Below, piece after piece: positions 12,921 to 22,244 of a stretch of DNA of 64,000 nt. This DNA is from Candidatus Poseidoniaceae archaeon (GTDB lineage: Archaea > Thermoplasmatota > Poseidoniia > Poseidoniales > Poseidoniaceae), in assembly GCA_045568435.1 (NCBI GenBank), contig JBJLBB010000001.1:492413-556412 (forward strand), written 5' to 3'. The notes beneath the pieces are model-generated. The model was not told the DNA's origin. It was given only the letters and a program-made list of their open reading frames with translations, and did not search any database. Both the position numbers and the translations under genes were made by a program. Every line of letters begins with the position of its first letter. The first letter of the stretch is position 1.

Positions 12921-15900
12921 TCACTTTTTGTTATCGTGTAATTCTCTGGCTTGCTTAGCCCACTGGTCTCGCTTAACACGGCCTGGGAAGAACTCGATTG
13001 CTTTGTTGACTTCTTCTTCGATCTTAGACGTCATATTACCAACTTGTTCAAAGGTGTAGATACCAAGAGCATACAGTTTCTCAGCGATAAAAGGACCAAT
13101 TCCCTTGATGGTTTGCAGGTCATCTTTCTCATCAATAGTTGCCACACCAAGTGTTGCAAAGTCAATAGTTTCGGCCTTCTTAGCAATACGCTCCAACTCT
13201 TCAGCCTGCTTGAGAGCTTTTTCGTCCAATTTGACATCTTCACCAAGTAGAATCTTGGCTTGATTTACCCATTGGTCTCGCTTGACTCGTCCTGGGAAGA
13301 ACTCGATAGCCTCGTTGACTTGAGTCTCCAGTTTAGCAGTCATGTTAGCAATTTGTCGATAGGTTGTGATACCTAAGGCATTCAACTTCTCTTCGATAAA
13401 CGGACCGATTCCCTTGATTACCTGCAAATCATCCTTTACCATTACAACTGAAGCTTTACCAAATACTCTGGTTATTCCACCAACACCGGTTAAAGTATTG
13501 CCGTCTTTACCAGTCCAAGTGATTATTGTCGAGCCCTTGTCATCGGTAATTGCGGCACTTCCAGCATCAGCAAACTCCTTAGCATTAGCAACTTCCAATG
13601 TCTTAGCACCCTTCTTGACTTCACTTTTCAGTTTGGTCGAAGATGCTGTTCCTAGTACCTTGAAGTCAATGGTCTTCGCACGTGATTTAACACGCTCAAT
13701 TTCCTCTTCCTTCTTGGCTTCTTTAGTGGTTGCTGGTTTCTTCTTTGCTGCTGCTTTCTTGGCCTTTTCTGCATCAGCCTTAGCCTTCTTTTCTGCCTCT
13801 TCGGCTTCCTTCTTGGCTTTGGCTTCTGCTTCAGCGGCTGCTGCTGCATCTGCTTCTTTCTTGGCTTTCGCTTCTGCCTCTTTGGTAGCCTTAGCATCTG
13901 CTTCTTCCTTAGCCTTCTTCTCAGCCTCTTCGGCTTCTTTCTTGGCTTTCTTGTCAGCAGCGGCTTCCTTCTTAGCCTTGGCTTCAGCAGCCTTGGCATC
14001 TTTTTCTGCCTTCTTTTGAGCCTTCTCTTCAGCCTCTGCTATTGCGACTGCTGCTAGAGCTTCTTCCTCAGCCTTCTTGGCTGCTTCAGCCTCTTCCTCC
14101 TCAAGTCGAGCCTTCTCTTCAGCCTCTGCTGCAGCGGTTTCTTCGGCTTCCTTCTCAGCCTTCTTTTCTGCTTCTTTGGCCTCCTTAGCGGCTTGCTTTT
14201 CAGCCTCTGCTGCTTCCTTCTTAGATTGCTTTTCGGCTTCTTTCTCAGCCTTCTTACGCTCTGCTTCGAGTTTCTTTTGTTCCTTGACATAATCTGGGTC
14301 TGGTTTGACCTTGATATCCCACATGAAGTAGACAGACCTTCGTCCTACCTTGACTGCACCTTGGAATTCTCCACCAGCAAGTGTTGGTTTGAAACTATCA
14401 TCAAACAATAATCGGAATTTCATTACTCCATCATCATCAGCGACTATCATTCGAGTTCCTTCTTCACTTCCTGAATCATCTTGCATCAGGAATCTACGCT
14501 CGTTCTCGCGGTCAAAGTAGTCTTGAGACTTAACCTTCAAACCCGGAGTAATATCAGTAATTGTAATCAATTCTTTACTGACTACAACCGAACCAGGCTT
14601 AACTGTCTTGAGTGGTTTCAAGATGAATGGATTATCCTTAGTACCGACACCATCTGTAAACTTCGGCTTTGAAGTTGTATTTTCTGGTTCAGCATCATCA
14701 ACTAATGCAATTACTCTATCCCTTAGAAGGAATATAGGTATCAGTAGAAGTAGCAGTAATAAGAAGCAAAGTGGGAAACACCACCAAGCCATTCCTTCAT
14801 CATCCTCATTATCACCATCGCCTTGTAGTTGGTCACAAATATCACCATCTGTATTTTCTGGACTCGATGAATTATCATATGGATTAGACCCACAATCAAT
14901 TTCATCTTGGTCAAAGAAACCATCATTATCATCATCATGGTCTACAGTGATATTTCCTGTATAATTAGCAGGCAGACTATCTGGTAAAGAGTCATTATCG
15001 GTATCATTGAAAACGGTAATTGATAGAATAAATGAATGTTGATAATTACTATTGTTAGCCCAAACGGTAACATTAACTGGCTCTTCGGAGTAATTTGTAG
15101 GTGTACCTCTAATTCCACCATCGAGCATTGCATCTCTTGCTGGGCTCCAGCCAAATGTCAATCCTTCAGGGATTTCTCCATCGATTTCCCATGAAGCAAC
15201 TTCGCCTATTCCAGTAACGTTTGGTAAGAAATCAACCATTGTCTTGTTGACAAATAGGTCGACATATTGAGATTCATAAGTCATATTGAAATCAAGGTCA
15301 ATAATGTCATCTAATGCATCACAAATTCCATCCCCATCCATATCTGGAAGGAGATTGACAACCTTTGGATCAGTTCCGCACATTTCCTCAGTCAAGTCAA
15401 CAATGGTATCATTATCGTCATCTAAGTCTTCGATTAGACCTGTTGTTGAATTTCCATTGAGCTCATCAGGCATACCATCCCCGTCAGTATCAAGCGATGC
15501 TGCTGGGTCGTTAGGGAACGCGTCTGGGCCAGCGACACAAATTGCTACATCAGGAGTTGCAGGTCCGTCACAAACTCCGTCACCATCGGTGTCAGGGTTT
15601 GCAGGGTCTGTACCTGTATCTGAAGTTGAATTGTATATTCCAGTCTCGGTTTCAAAGATATTATCGATTCCATCACCGTCTTTGTCATCATCAAGTGCAT
15701 CACAAATTCCGTCACCGTCCATGTCACTAGGAACATCAGTTGCATTTAGTGGGTCAGACAAACAATCGTTCTCTAGGGTGTCTAGGAAACCATCGTTATC
15801 ATCATCATCATCTGCAATTAGACCACCATCACCATCAGGGTCATCGTCTGGGAAGGCGTCACCATCGGTGTTAACCGGCAGTGCTGGGTCAAGAGGATGT

Positions 15901-18900
15901 GAGTCAGGACCAGCGTAGCATACGCCGTCAACTGCATCAGGACCGTCACAGAATCCATCACCATCGGTGTCTGGATTGAGTGAATCAGTACCATTGGTTG
16001 CTTCATCAACATCCGGCATACCATCAGCGTCATCATCCAAATCTTCGATTAAATCAAATGGTGGCAAGCCAGTATCTGGATAATCATCCGGCAACTGGTC
16101 AGGCATACCATCTCCGTCGGTGTCTTCCAAAATCTCAAGCCAGAAAGTAGATTCTACACTTCTTGGCTCAGAAGTATTAGCCCAGAGAGTGAATGTGGTA
16201 TTGTCCATGGTCTCAAGTGGTGTTCCACTAATTATTCCGGTGTTGACATCTAAAGTCAAACCTGCAGGTAAGTCAGGAGATACTGCCCAAATAGCGCCAG
16301 GAACGGCGTTAGCAGGAGGTAGTGGAATCATCTCAGTATTATTGACAAGTACAGTTGGGCCAAGTGGACCGGTTCCAACTGGGTTGGAGTCAGGACCAGC
16401 GATACAAATTGGTAAGACCGAATTTGGACCATCACAAATACCATCATCATCGGTATCTGGGTCAAGTGGGTCTGTTCCCATATCACCAGAACCATTGAAT
16501 ATTCCAGTTCCAGTTTCAGCGACATCAGATGCCCCATCGCCATCATCATCCAAGTCTTCAACCAAGTCAAATGGTGCTTCACCAATTGTTGGATAATCAT
16601 CTGGTAATTCGTTTGGCAGACCGTCTCCGTCAGTATCTTCCAACACTTGCATGTTGAATGACCAACTCGAAGTGAAACCATCTGCAGTTACATTAGCAAA
16701 TAGCGTGTATGTGATATTATCTGTGACTTCTGTTGGTGTTCCAGAGATTACTCCAGTAACTGGATCTATTACGATTCCAGCAGGTAGTGCTGGATGAACT
16801 TCGTAAACCGCATCATCAACATCATACTTAGGCATCAAGTAGGTCATTGGTGTATTGTTGAGTAAGTATGCTGTACCATCAATTGCCGTACCAAGTTCAG
16901 TATCTGGACCTGCTACACAGATTGGTAATACGTCAATTGGACCATCACAAATACCGTCGTTATCGGTATCTGGGTCAAGTGGGTCGGTACCAGTATCTGT
17001 GTCGCCATTGTAGATTCCAGTATTGGTTTCGTTAACGTCCTCAATACCGTCACCATCATCGTCCAAGTCCTCAACAAGAGGAGGCACGCTGTTGGATGGT
17101 GGATTCAGAGTATCTGGGTCACCATCACCGTCAGTATCAGTATCAGCCGATGGGTCAAGTGGGAAAGCATCTGGACCAGCAACACAGTCTGGCTCAAAGG
17201 CAACTGGACCATCACACATACCGTCACCATCAGTGTCCGGATTAGTTGGGTCGGTACCATCTTCTGCTTCATCAACATCAGAGTTACCGTCATTATCATC
17301 ATCCATATCCTCAATCAAGCCAGGTGAGTCAGGATTGGTTGGGTCGTAATCATCTGGCAGCTCATTTGGCATACCATCGCCGTCACTGTCCTCAAGAATC
17401 TCAATTGTGAAATCCCAAGACAGCGAAGTTCCGTCAGTGTGGTTAGACCAGACAGTGAATGTTGTGTTAGTCAAGGTTTCAGTTGGCATACCGGTAATAT
17501 CACCAGTGTTTGGATCGATTGACAAACTCGCCGGTAGGTCAGGTGAAATCTCGAAAGTTCCACCAGGCACTACCAAGTAAGGTGCAAGGTCGTTGATGGC
17601 AGTATTGTTGACTCCAACCAAGGTTGGTGGTGGTGTGTTACCATTTGGTGATGGGTCAGGACCGGCAATACAAATTGGTGGTACTGCATTTGGACCATCA
17701 CAAATTCCATCATCATCAGTGTCAGGGTCAAGTGGGTCAGTTCCAGTATCTTGTCCATTGATGTAGATGCCAGTATCAGTCTCAACGGTGTCAAGTAAGC
17801 CATCTCCGTCATCATCATCATCAGCAATCAAGCCGGAAGTAGGTGGATTGGCTGGGTTGTAGGCTGGTGGCAAGTCATTTGCCAGGCCATCGCCATCAGT
17901 ATCGAGTAGACTTTCAAGACTGAAAGTAAAGGTTTCAGTTGCGCCACTACTATGGGTTGCAGTAACGGTAAATGTATCACTCATTGGACTGTCAACCGTA
18001 CCGGTAATCTCACCAGTTGCACTATCTTGCAATAGAGTGTTTGGCAAAGTTGGTGAAATGCTCCATGTGGTTGTGCCATCCCAGAATGCAGGATGGAAGC
18101 CGATTGCATCAATCGGTTGGTCTTCCACTACAGTGTGTGGATAAGCATTGTCCACGCTGAAGTACAATTCGTGCGTGGTCGAATAACCGCTTTGGTTGGC
18201 GTAAATAGTGTAGGTTTGATTGGTCGCATAGACCGAAGGTGTGCCGCTAATCGTACCGCCTGAGATACTCATACCTGCAGGTAGTGGTGGTTCGGTCTCC
18301 CATGATACTGGTGGAGTGTAATTTGAGTAAGTAATCACTGAAGGTTGATATCCAGCAACTCTTGGGTATGGGCAATTTGGACTTCCTTGCCCAGTTTCCG
18401 ACCACCGAGTTCCAATATCATAATACAGAACATCATCAATTACAAATGAAAAGCGCTTACCTGGACTTACACCATAATTAATGATATAACTAGAGCATGA
18501 TGAAGTGGCAGTAGGATGTGTAGGCATATCAGTATAATGATTTGATACAAAATATAGTGACTCGTTTGATATATCATAAGCCCAAAGATGACCATTATTT
18601 GCAGTATAGTAACCCGGACTCCCTCCTTGTTGGAATGAGTTATCGTGTGCATGTCCTGAAAAATAAATAGTATCACCGACAACCAAACTCATTTCACTCC
18701 CCGGGTCGAACCCGGTAAACGGATTACCTGGTAAGTCCGTTATCATCCATGCTGTTTCGTTTGTGGTGTTGTAAGCCCAAAGTTCCTCAGCGTTGCTATC
18801 GTCATCAAAACCAAAATAAATTACATCATTAACTATGAGGCGCATGTTATTAGTGGGAAAGCCACAACCACTATTGTAAAGACACGGGAAATTCGGCACT

Positions 18901-21782
18901 TGCCATGCTGATTCATTTTCAGTATTAATTGCCCAAATTTGTTGGGACATGTGATTTTGACCTGTACCCATTCCTATGTAATTGGTTCCAATTGTATAGA
19001 TAGTTGAACCAATAACTCCAATGTATTGCATTCGATTATAATTCTGATAAGAAAGAGTGTCTGACTGGTCTACATCGGTAACTACCCAATGAGTATAATT
19101 TGATGTATCATAAGCAAAGATTTTTCGATCAGCAAGGTTTGTTCCTGTTGTTGTTATAGCATCGAAGTAAATTGTATCACCTATAACTACACTGAAATCA
19201 TCACCTGGTCTAGAAGATGAAGAAGAACCAGAAGCTGCAATACCTGGATTAATATCAGCGGCTAACCAAGTTGTTTGGTTGGTTGCAGTATATGCCCAGA
19301 GTGCTTCGCTATGAGGATAAGGCCATGATGTATCTTCACGGGCACCAAAATAGAGCGTGTCGCCGACAACTTGCGTCATGTATTGTCCTGGGTATGCACC
19401 ATTTCCATTATCAAAGATATCAGTTACATTCCATGCTGTTCCATTTTGTGGATTAAAGCCCCATATTTCAACATTATTTGCAGTGTCGTTTTTAGCATCA
19501 AAATACAACACTCCATCCATAACTTCTGTAAAATATGCTCCTATCATTGATGCAAATGCAGTCGGATTGATATCTTTAACAAACCAAGTTGTGTTTGTCA
19601 ATATGTCGTGTGCCCATAATTCTCTTCCATGAACCCCATCGTCTGCATCGAATATAATCGTATTATCAATCAAAACTGACATTCTTTCACCTGGTACACT
19701 GTCACCATTGGAATTAATATCTGCTACAAGCCATGACATGCCTGTATCAATGCTATATGCATAGAGTTCATGACCTGCCGAACCACTTGCTACTATTCCA
19801 TCCATGTATATTGTATTACCATGATGTATTGCCATATGTTCTCCGCAATCACAGAATATGTCTTGATTATCCCACCAGATTGAACCATTTCCTGTTACAT
19901 TTACTGGTGCTGTTTGATGTCCATCTTGCGAGGTGTAGGATAGAGAGATTGGGGTCATTGCTTCACCAAGTTGCAGTTCAGCACCATCAACTGTTGAGGT
20001 GATTTCACCAAAAGTAAATGTTGACAACCAAATATCTGCCTCATAGGTAATTCCGTTAATGACGGCGGAGATGGTGTAGGTCGTGTTTACTGAGTCTACT
20101 GTTGGTGTACCGCTGATTGTACATGTTCCAGAATCGATGTTGAGTCCTGTAGGTAGGCTTGGTGAAGCAACACAACTTGTTGCACTGGTGATTGGACTTG
20201 AATATTCGACTCCTGAACCTGAACCACTACCTGAACCACTATCCGGCCCTTGCTGATACAGTGAAACCAAAGTCATTTGTGAGTTTAATTCAAAGCCATG
20301 TAAAATCTCTACATCACCATTTGAATCAACAACTACTGCGGTTTCATAACCATATCCTGTCGTACCGGTTGGCCCTGGATTATTGTATTGTGCGGTTTGC
20401 CAAGACCCAGAAACATCGTTCACATAGAGCAAGTGCCTGGCGTCTTGGAATTGATGTGAAATGTGTATATTATCATCGGTATCAATAAATATCGAGGATA
20501 AAGCTCCGCATGAGTGTGTACCGCTTTGAAAGCCAACTGAGCATGGGAAGGTACTGGAGGAGGTTGATGTCCAAGTCCCTCCAGAATTATTCGAATAGAT
20601 AAGATCGCTGTTGCTTTGATGAACAGAATGGACCACATCTGTAGAATCGATATTCACTGACACGTATCTAGCACCGTAGGAACCAAAGACGGTTGAACCA
20701 ATCTGCGTTGAAACCCAACTTCCACCTTCATTTGTGGTATGGTTCAATCTGTTATTCTGGCCATCACGCATAGTGTAGAGGACATGCGCAGCATCATCCG
20801 AATCAAGAATCAGGTCAAACGATGTATCGGACAAATGATAGCTACTGTAGGTTTGTTGGAGAATTGTTGATGACCATGAGCCACCCGAATTATCCGCTAT
20901 CTCCAATTTTGCAGTTGAACGGCCGCAGTCATATACGTAAGCGATGTATGCATTATTGTTTGAATCAACATCAATTGAGGTTCCACAATGGTAGTTATAG
21001 CCCCAAAAACGAAGGAAATCTGATGCAACAGACGTTGCCCACGAGCCAGCAACATTGTTGGTGTACATGACTTCTTTATTGGTGAAATTAAGATAGGAAA
21101 TGTGGATCTTATCGTTGGAATCTATGACTATGGAAGGGTCATATTGGGATTCTCCTGTCGCTAAAACCTCACTTGACCAAGTTCCTGAAGCGTCATTGGT
21201 GTATATTAGGCTCAACGAATCTGGGTCGAAAAAGACTGCATGGATGACATCATTGGAATCAATATCTGCTTCTAAATCTTGTATTCTTGCGTTTGTTCCA
21301 CCCGCAAAGATCGTTTCAATGGTTCCATTTGCTGGTGGCAATGGAGCGTTAAACGTAATATCGGTCATTACTTCACCGGTCTCAAGGTCAACACCTTCGA
21401 CGCTCGACGTGAGAATAGGGTTTGAAGAGGATAACCAAACACTTGTCTGGAAGGTTGTTCCACTGATTACTGCAGTAATTGTGTAGGTTGTGTTACTGGT
21501 TACTACTGTTGGTGTGCCGCTAATTGTGCACGTGCTGCTGTCGATGTTCAAACCGCTAGGCAACGAAGGTGTTGCAACGCAGGAGGTTGCACCGGCGACA
21601 TTAGTGATCAATCCAGTGCTGGAATCCCAGGTGTTGCTGCCGGAAACCGCATACGGGTGAACCCTGGTCGGTGTTGGCCAACACCATCGCCCAACTGTCC
21701 GTAGCTCGTTCCGTCCCCAGCACTTCATCTCGTTGTTATCAAGAATCACGCAGGTGTGGCCCGACGCCAGCAGAAACCGCAA
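12921..21782 (-). CDS. Giant cell-surface protein gene 2, C-terminal 2953-aa portion. Contains the RCC1 tail, He_PIG Ig-like domains, Asp-box units, ELW-type propeller repeats, 4-5 blocks of TSP3-like Ca-binding Asp repeats, one TM helix, a conserved cytoplasmic beta-rich domain, a long E/K/A-rich helix (about 230 aa) and two tandem C-terminal HhH modules. It begins mid-RCC1-repeat; the true upstream continuation is ORFs 21903..22244 and 22184..25615 via several indels.
   Basis: Starts with ...SGHTCVILDNNEMKCWG (an interior RCC1 unit; track start is TTG). Multiple LPxGLxxDxxTGxISGTPT motifs. Repeated DTDGDGxxD / DPDTDDDGICDGP units. TM helix AWWCFPLCFLLLLLLLIPIFLL. KKAEKEAEEAEKKAK...-type region. 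Two copies of DDLQxIKGIGPFIxEKLxALGIxTxxQxxNMT...EAIEFFPGRVKRDQW. Confidence 0.85.
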   Translation of the reverse strand: MRFLLASGHTCVILDNNEMKCWGRNELRTVGRWCWPTPTRVHPYAVSGSNTWDSSTGLITNVAGATSCVATPSLPSGLNIDSSTCTISGTPTVVTSNTTYTITAVISGTTFQTSVWLSSSNPILTSSVEGVDLETGEVMTDITFNAPLPPANGTIETIFAGGTNARIQDLEADIDSNDVIHAVFFDPDSLSLIYTNDASGTWSSEVLATGESQYDPSIVIDSNDKIHISYLNFTNKEVMYTNNVAGSWATSVASDFLRFWGYNYHCGTSIDVDSNNNAYIAYVYDCGRSTAKLEIADNSGGSWSSTILQQTYSSYHLSDTSFDLILDSDDAAHVLYTMRDGQNNRLNHTTNEGGSWVSTQIGSTVFGSYGARYVSVNIDSTDVVHSVHQSNSDLIYSNNSGGTWTSTSSSTFPCSVGFQSGTHSCGALSSIFIDTDDNIHISHQFQDARHLLYVNDVSGSWQTAQYNNPGPTGTTGYGYETAVVVDSNGDVEILHGFELNSQMTLVSLYQQGPDSGSGSGSGSGVEYSSPITSATSCVASPSLPTGLNIDSGTCTISGTPTVDSVNTTYTISAVINGITYEADIWLSTFTFGEITSTVDGAELQLGEAMTPISLSYTSQDGHQTAPVNVTGNGSIWWDNQDIFCDCGEHMAIHHGNTIYMDGIVASGSAGHELYAYSIDTGMSWLVADINSNGDSVPGERMSVLIDNTIIFDADDGVHGRELWAHDILTNTTWFVKDINPTAFASMIGAYFTEVMDGVLYFDAKNDTANNVEIWGFNPQNGTAWNVTDIFDNGNGAYPGQYMTQVVGDTLYFGAREDTSWPYPHSEALWAYTATNQTTWLAADINPGIAASGSSSSSRPGDDFSVVIGDTIYFDAITTTGTNLADRKIFAYDTSNYTHWVVTDVDQSDTLSYQNYNRMQYIGVIGSTIYTIGTNYIGMGTGQNHMSQQIWAINTENESAWQVPNFPCLYNSGCGFPTNNMRLIVNDVIYFGFDDDSNAEELWAYNTTNETAWMITDLPGNPFTGFDPGSEMSLVVGDTIYFSGHAHDNSFQQGGSPGYYTANNGHLWAYDISNESLYFVSNHYTDMPTHPTATSSCSSYIINYGVSPGKRFSFVIDDVLYYDIGTRWSETGQGSPNCPYPRVAGYQPSVITYSNYTPPVSWETEPPLPAGMSISGGTISGTPSVYATNQTYTIYANQSGYSTTHELYFSVDNAYPHTVVEDQPIDAIGFHPAFWDGTTTWSISPTLPNTLLQDSATGEITGTVDSPMSDTFTVTATHSSGATETFTFSLESLLDTDGDGLANDLPPAYNPANPPTSGLIADDDDDGDGLLDTVETDTGIYINGQDTGTDPLDPDTDDDGICDGPNAVPPICIAGPDPSPNGNTPPPTLVGVNNTAINDLAPYLVVPGGTFEISPDLPASLSIDPNTGDITGMPTETLTNTTFTVWSNHTDGTSLSWDFTIEILEDSDGDGMPNELPDDYDPTNPDSPGLIEDMDDDNDGNSDVDEAEDGTDPTNPDTDGDGMCDGPVAFEPDCVAGPDAFPLDPSADTDTDGDGDPDTLNPPSNSVPPLVEDLDDDGDGIEDVNETNTGIYNGDTDTGTDPLDPDTDNDGICDGPIDVLPICVAGPDTELGTAIDGTAYLLNNTPMTYLMPKYDVDDAVYEVHPALPAGIVIDPVTGVISGTPTEVTDNITYTLFANVTADGFTSSWSFNMQVLEDTDGDGLPNELPDDYPTIGEAPFDLVEDLDDDGDGASDVAETGTGIFNGSGDMGTDPLDPDTDDDGICDGPNSVLPICIAGPDSNPVGTGPLGPTVLVNNTEMIPLPPANAVPGAIWAVSPDLPAGLTLDVNTGIISGTPLETMDNTTFTLWANTSEPRSVESTFWLEILEDTDGDGMPDQLPDDYPDTGLPPFDLIEDLDDDADGMPDVDEATNGTDSLNPDTDGDGFCDGPDAVDGVCYAGPDSHPLDPALPVNTDGDAFPDDDPDGDGGLIADDDDDNDGFLDTLENDCLSDPLNATDVPSDMDGDGICDALDDDKDGDGIDNIFETETGIYNSTSDTGTDPANPDTDGDGVCDGPATPDVAICVAGPDAFPNDPAASLDTDGDGMPDELNGNSTTGLIEDLDDDNDTIVDLTEEMCGTDPKVVNLLPDMDGDGICDALDDIIDLDFNMTYESQYVDLFVNKTMVDFLPNVTGIGEVASWEIDGEIPEGLTFGWSPARDAMLDGGIRGTPTNYSEEPVNVTVWANNSNYQHSFILSITVFNDTDNDSLPDSLPANYTGNITVDHDDDNDGFFDQDEIDCGSNPYDNSSSPENTDGDICDQLQGDGDNEDDEGMAWWCFPLCFLLLLLLLIPIFLLRDRVIALVDDAEPENTTSKPKFTDGVGTKDNPFILKPLKTVKPGSVVVSKELITITDITPGLKVKSQDYFDRENERRFLMQDDSGSEEGTRMIVADDDGVMKFRLLFDDSFKPTLAGGEFQGAVKVGRRSVYFMWDIKVKPDPDYVKEQKKLEAERKKAEKEAEKQSKKEAAEAEKQAAKEAKEAEKKAEKEAEETAAAEAEEKARLEEEEAEAAKKAEEEALAAVAIAEAEEKAQKKAEKDAKAAEAKAKKEAAADKKAKKEAEEAEKKAKEEADAKATKEAEAKAKKEADAAAAAEAEAKAKKEAEEAEKKAKADAEKAKKAAAKKKPATTKEAKKEEEIERVKSRAKTIDFKVLGTASSTKLKSEVKKGAKTLEVANAKEFADAGSAAITDDKGSTIITWTGKDGNTLTGVGGITRVFGKASVVMVKDDLQVIKGIGPFIEEKLNALGITTYRQIANMTAKLETQVNEAIEFFPGRVKRDQWVNQAKILLGEDVKLDEKALKQAEELERIAKKAETIDFATLGVATIDEKDDLQTIKGIGPFIAEKLYALGIYTFEQVGNMTSKIEEEVNKAIEFFPGRVKRDQWAKQARELHDNKK
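13740..14290 (-). repeat. Low-complexity GCT/TCT/CTT-rich tract encoding the about 230-aa E/K/A-rich linker of giant gene 2.
   Basis: Long run of gcttct/ggcttt/cttctt motifs; protein KKAEKEAEEAEKKAKEEADAKATKEAEAKAKKEAD...; antisense artefact ORFs 13366..14019 and 14077..14292 are A/S/F-rich. Confidence 0.8.
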
Positions 21783-21902
21783 CGGCCGTGCGGCCTGTGC
21801 CTAGGTCAATCGCTGTGGAAGGTGCGTTGGTGGCGGTGTTAGTTCCACCATCGCCCAACTCGTCCGTAGATGTCCCGTCCCCAACACTTCAATTCGCCGT
21901 TA

Positions 21903-22244
21903 TCAAGAATGGCGCAGGTGTGGTCCTCTCCAGCAGACACTGCAACGGCAGTGCGGCCGGCACCGAGGTCGACCGCTGTGGAAGAAGGTATGTGTCCAGG
22001 TGTGTCGTGTAATGCCTCCTACCCAATCGCCCCACTGTCCGTACCTGTCATATCCCCAGCACTTCAGGTCGCCGTTGTCAAGAATCGCGCAGGCGTGATA
22101 CGAACCTGCTGAAACCGCAAGCGCAGTTCGGCCTGAACCGAGGTCAATCGGTGTGGAGAGGAGGAGTTGATTCCGCTGGAATGTTAGTGCCGATGGAGGG
22201 GATATACAATGCCCAACTCTCCCGCGAAGTTCTGCCCCCAGCAC
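21903..22244 (-). CDS. Out-of-frame RCC1-repeat fragment of giant gene 2, probably part of one originally continuous reading frame.
   Basis: Contains STPIDLGSGRTALAVSAGSYHACAILDNGDLKCWGYDRYGQ, a canonical RCC1 unit. Its N- and C-terminal ends are read-through garbage in the wrong frame. Confidence 0.6.
   Translation of the reverse strand: MLGAELRGRVGHCISPPSALTFQRNQLLLSTPIDLGSGRTALAVSAGSYHACAILDNGDLKCWGYDRYGQWGDWVGGITRHTWTHTFFHSGRPRCRPHCRCSVCWRGPHLRHS

Noticed and set aside
13366-16596. Plus-strand ORFs of 158-217 aa rich in Ala/Ser/Pro (13366..14019, 15286..15918, 16120..16596).
   Set aside because: Antisense to the E/K/A-rich linker and to the Asp/Gly-rich TSP3 blocks of giant gene 2. Low-complexity composition only.
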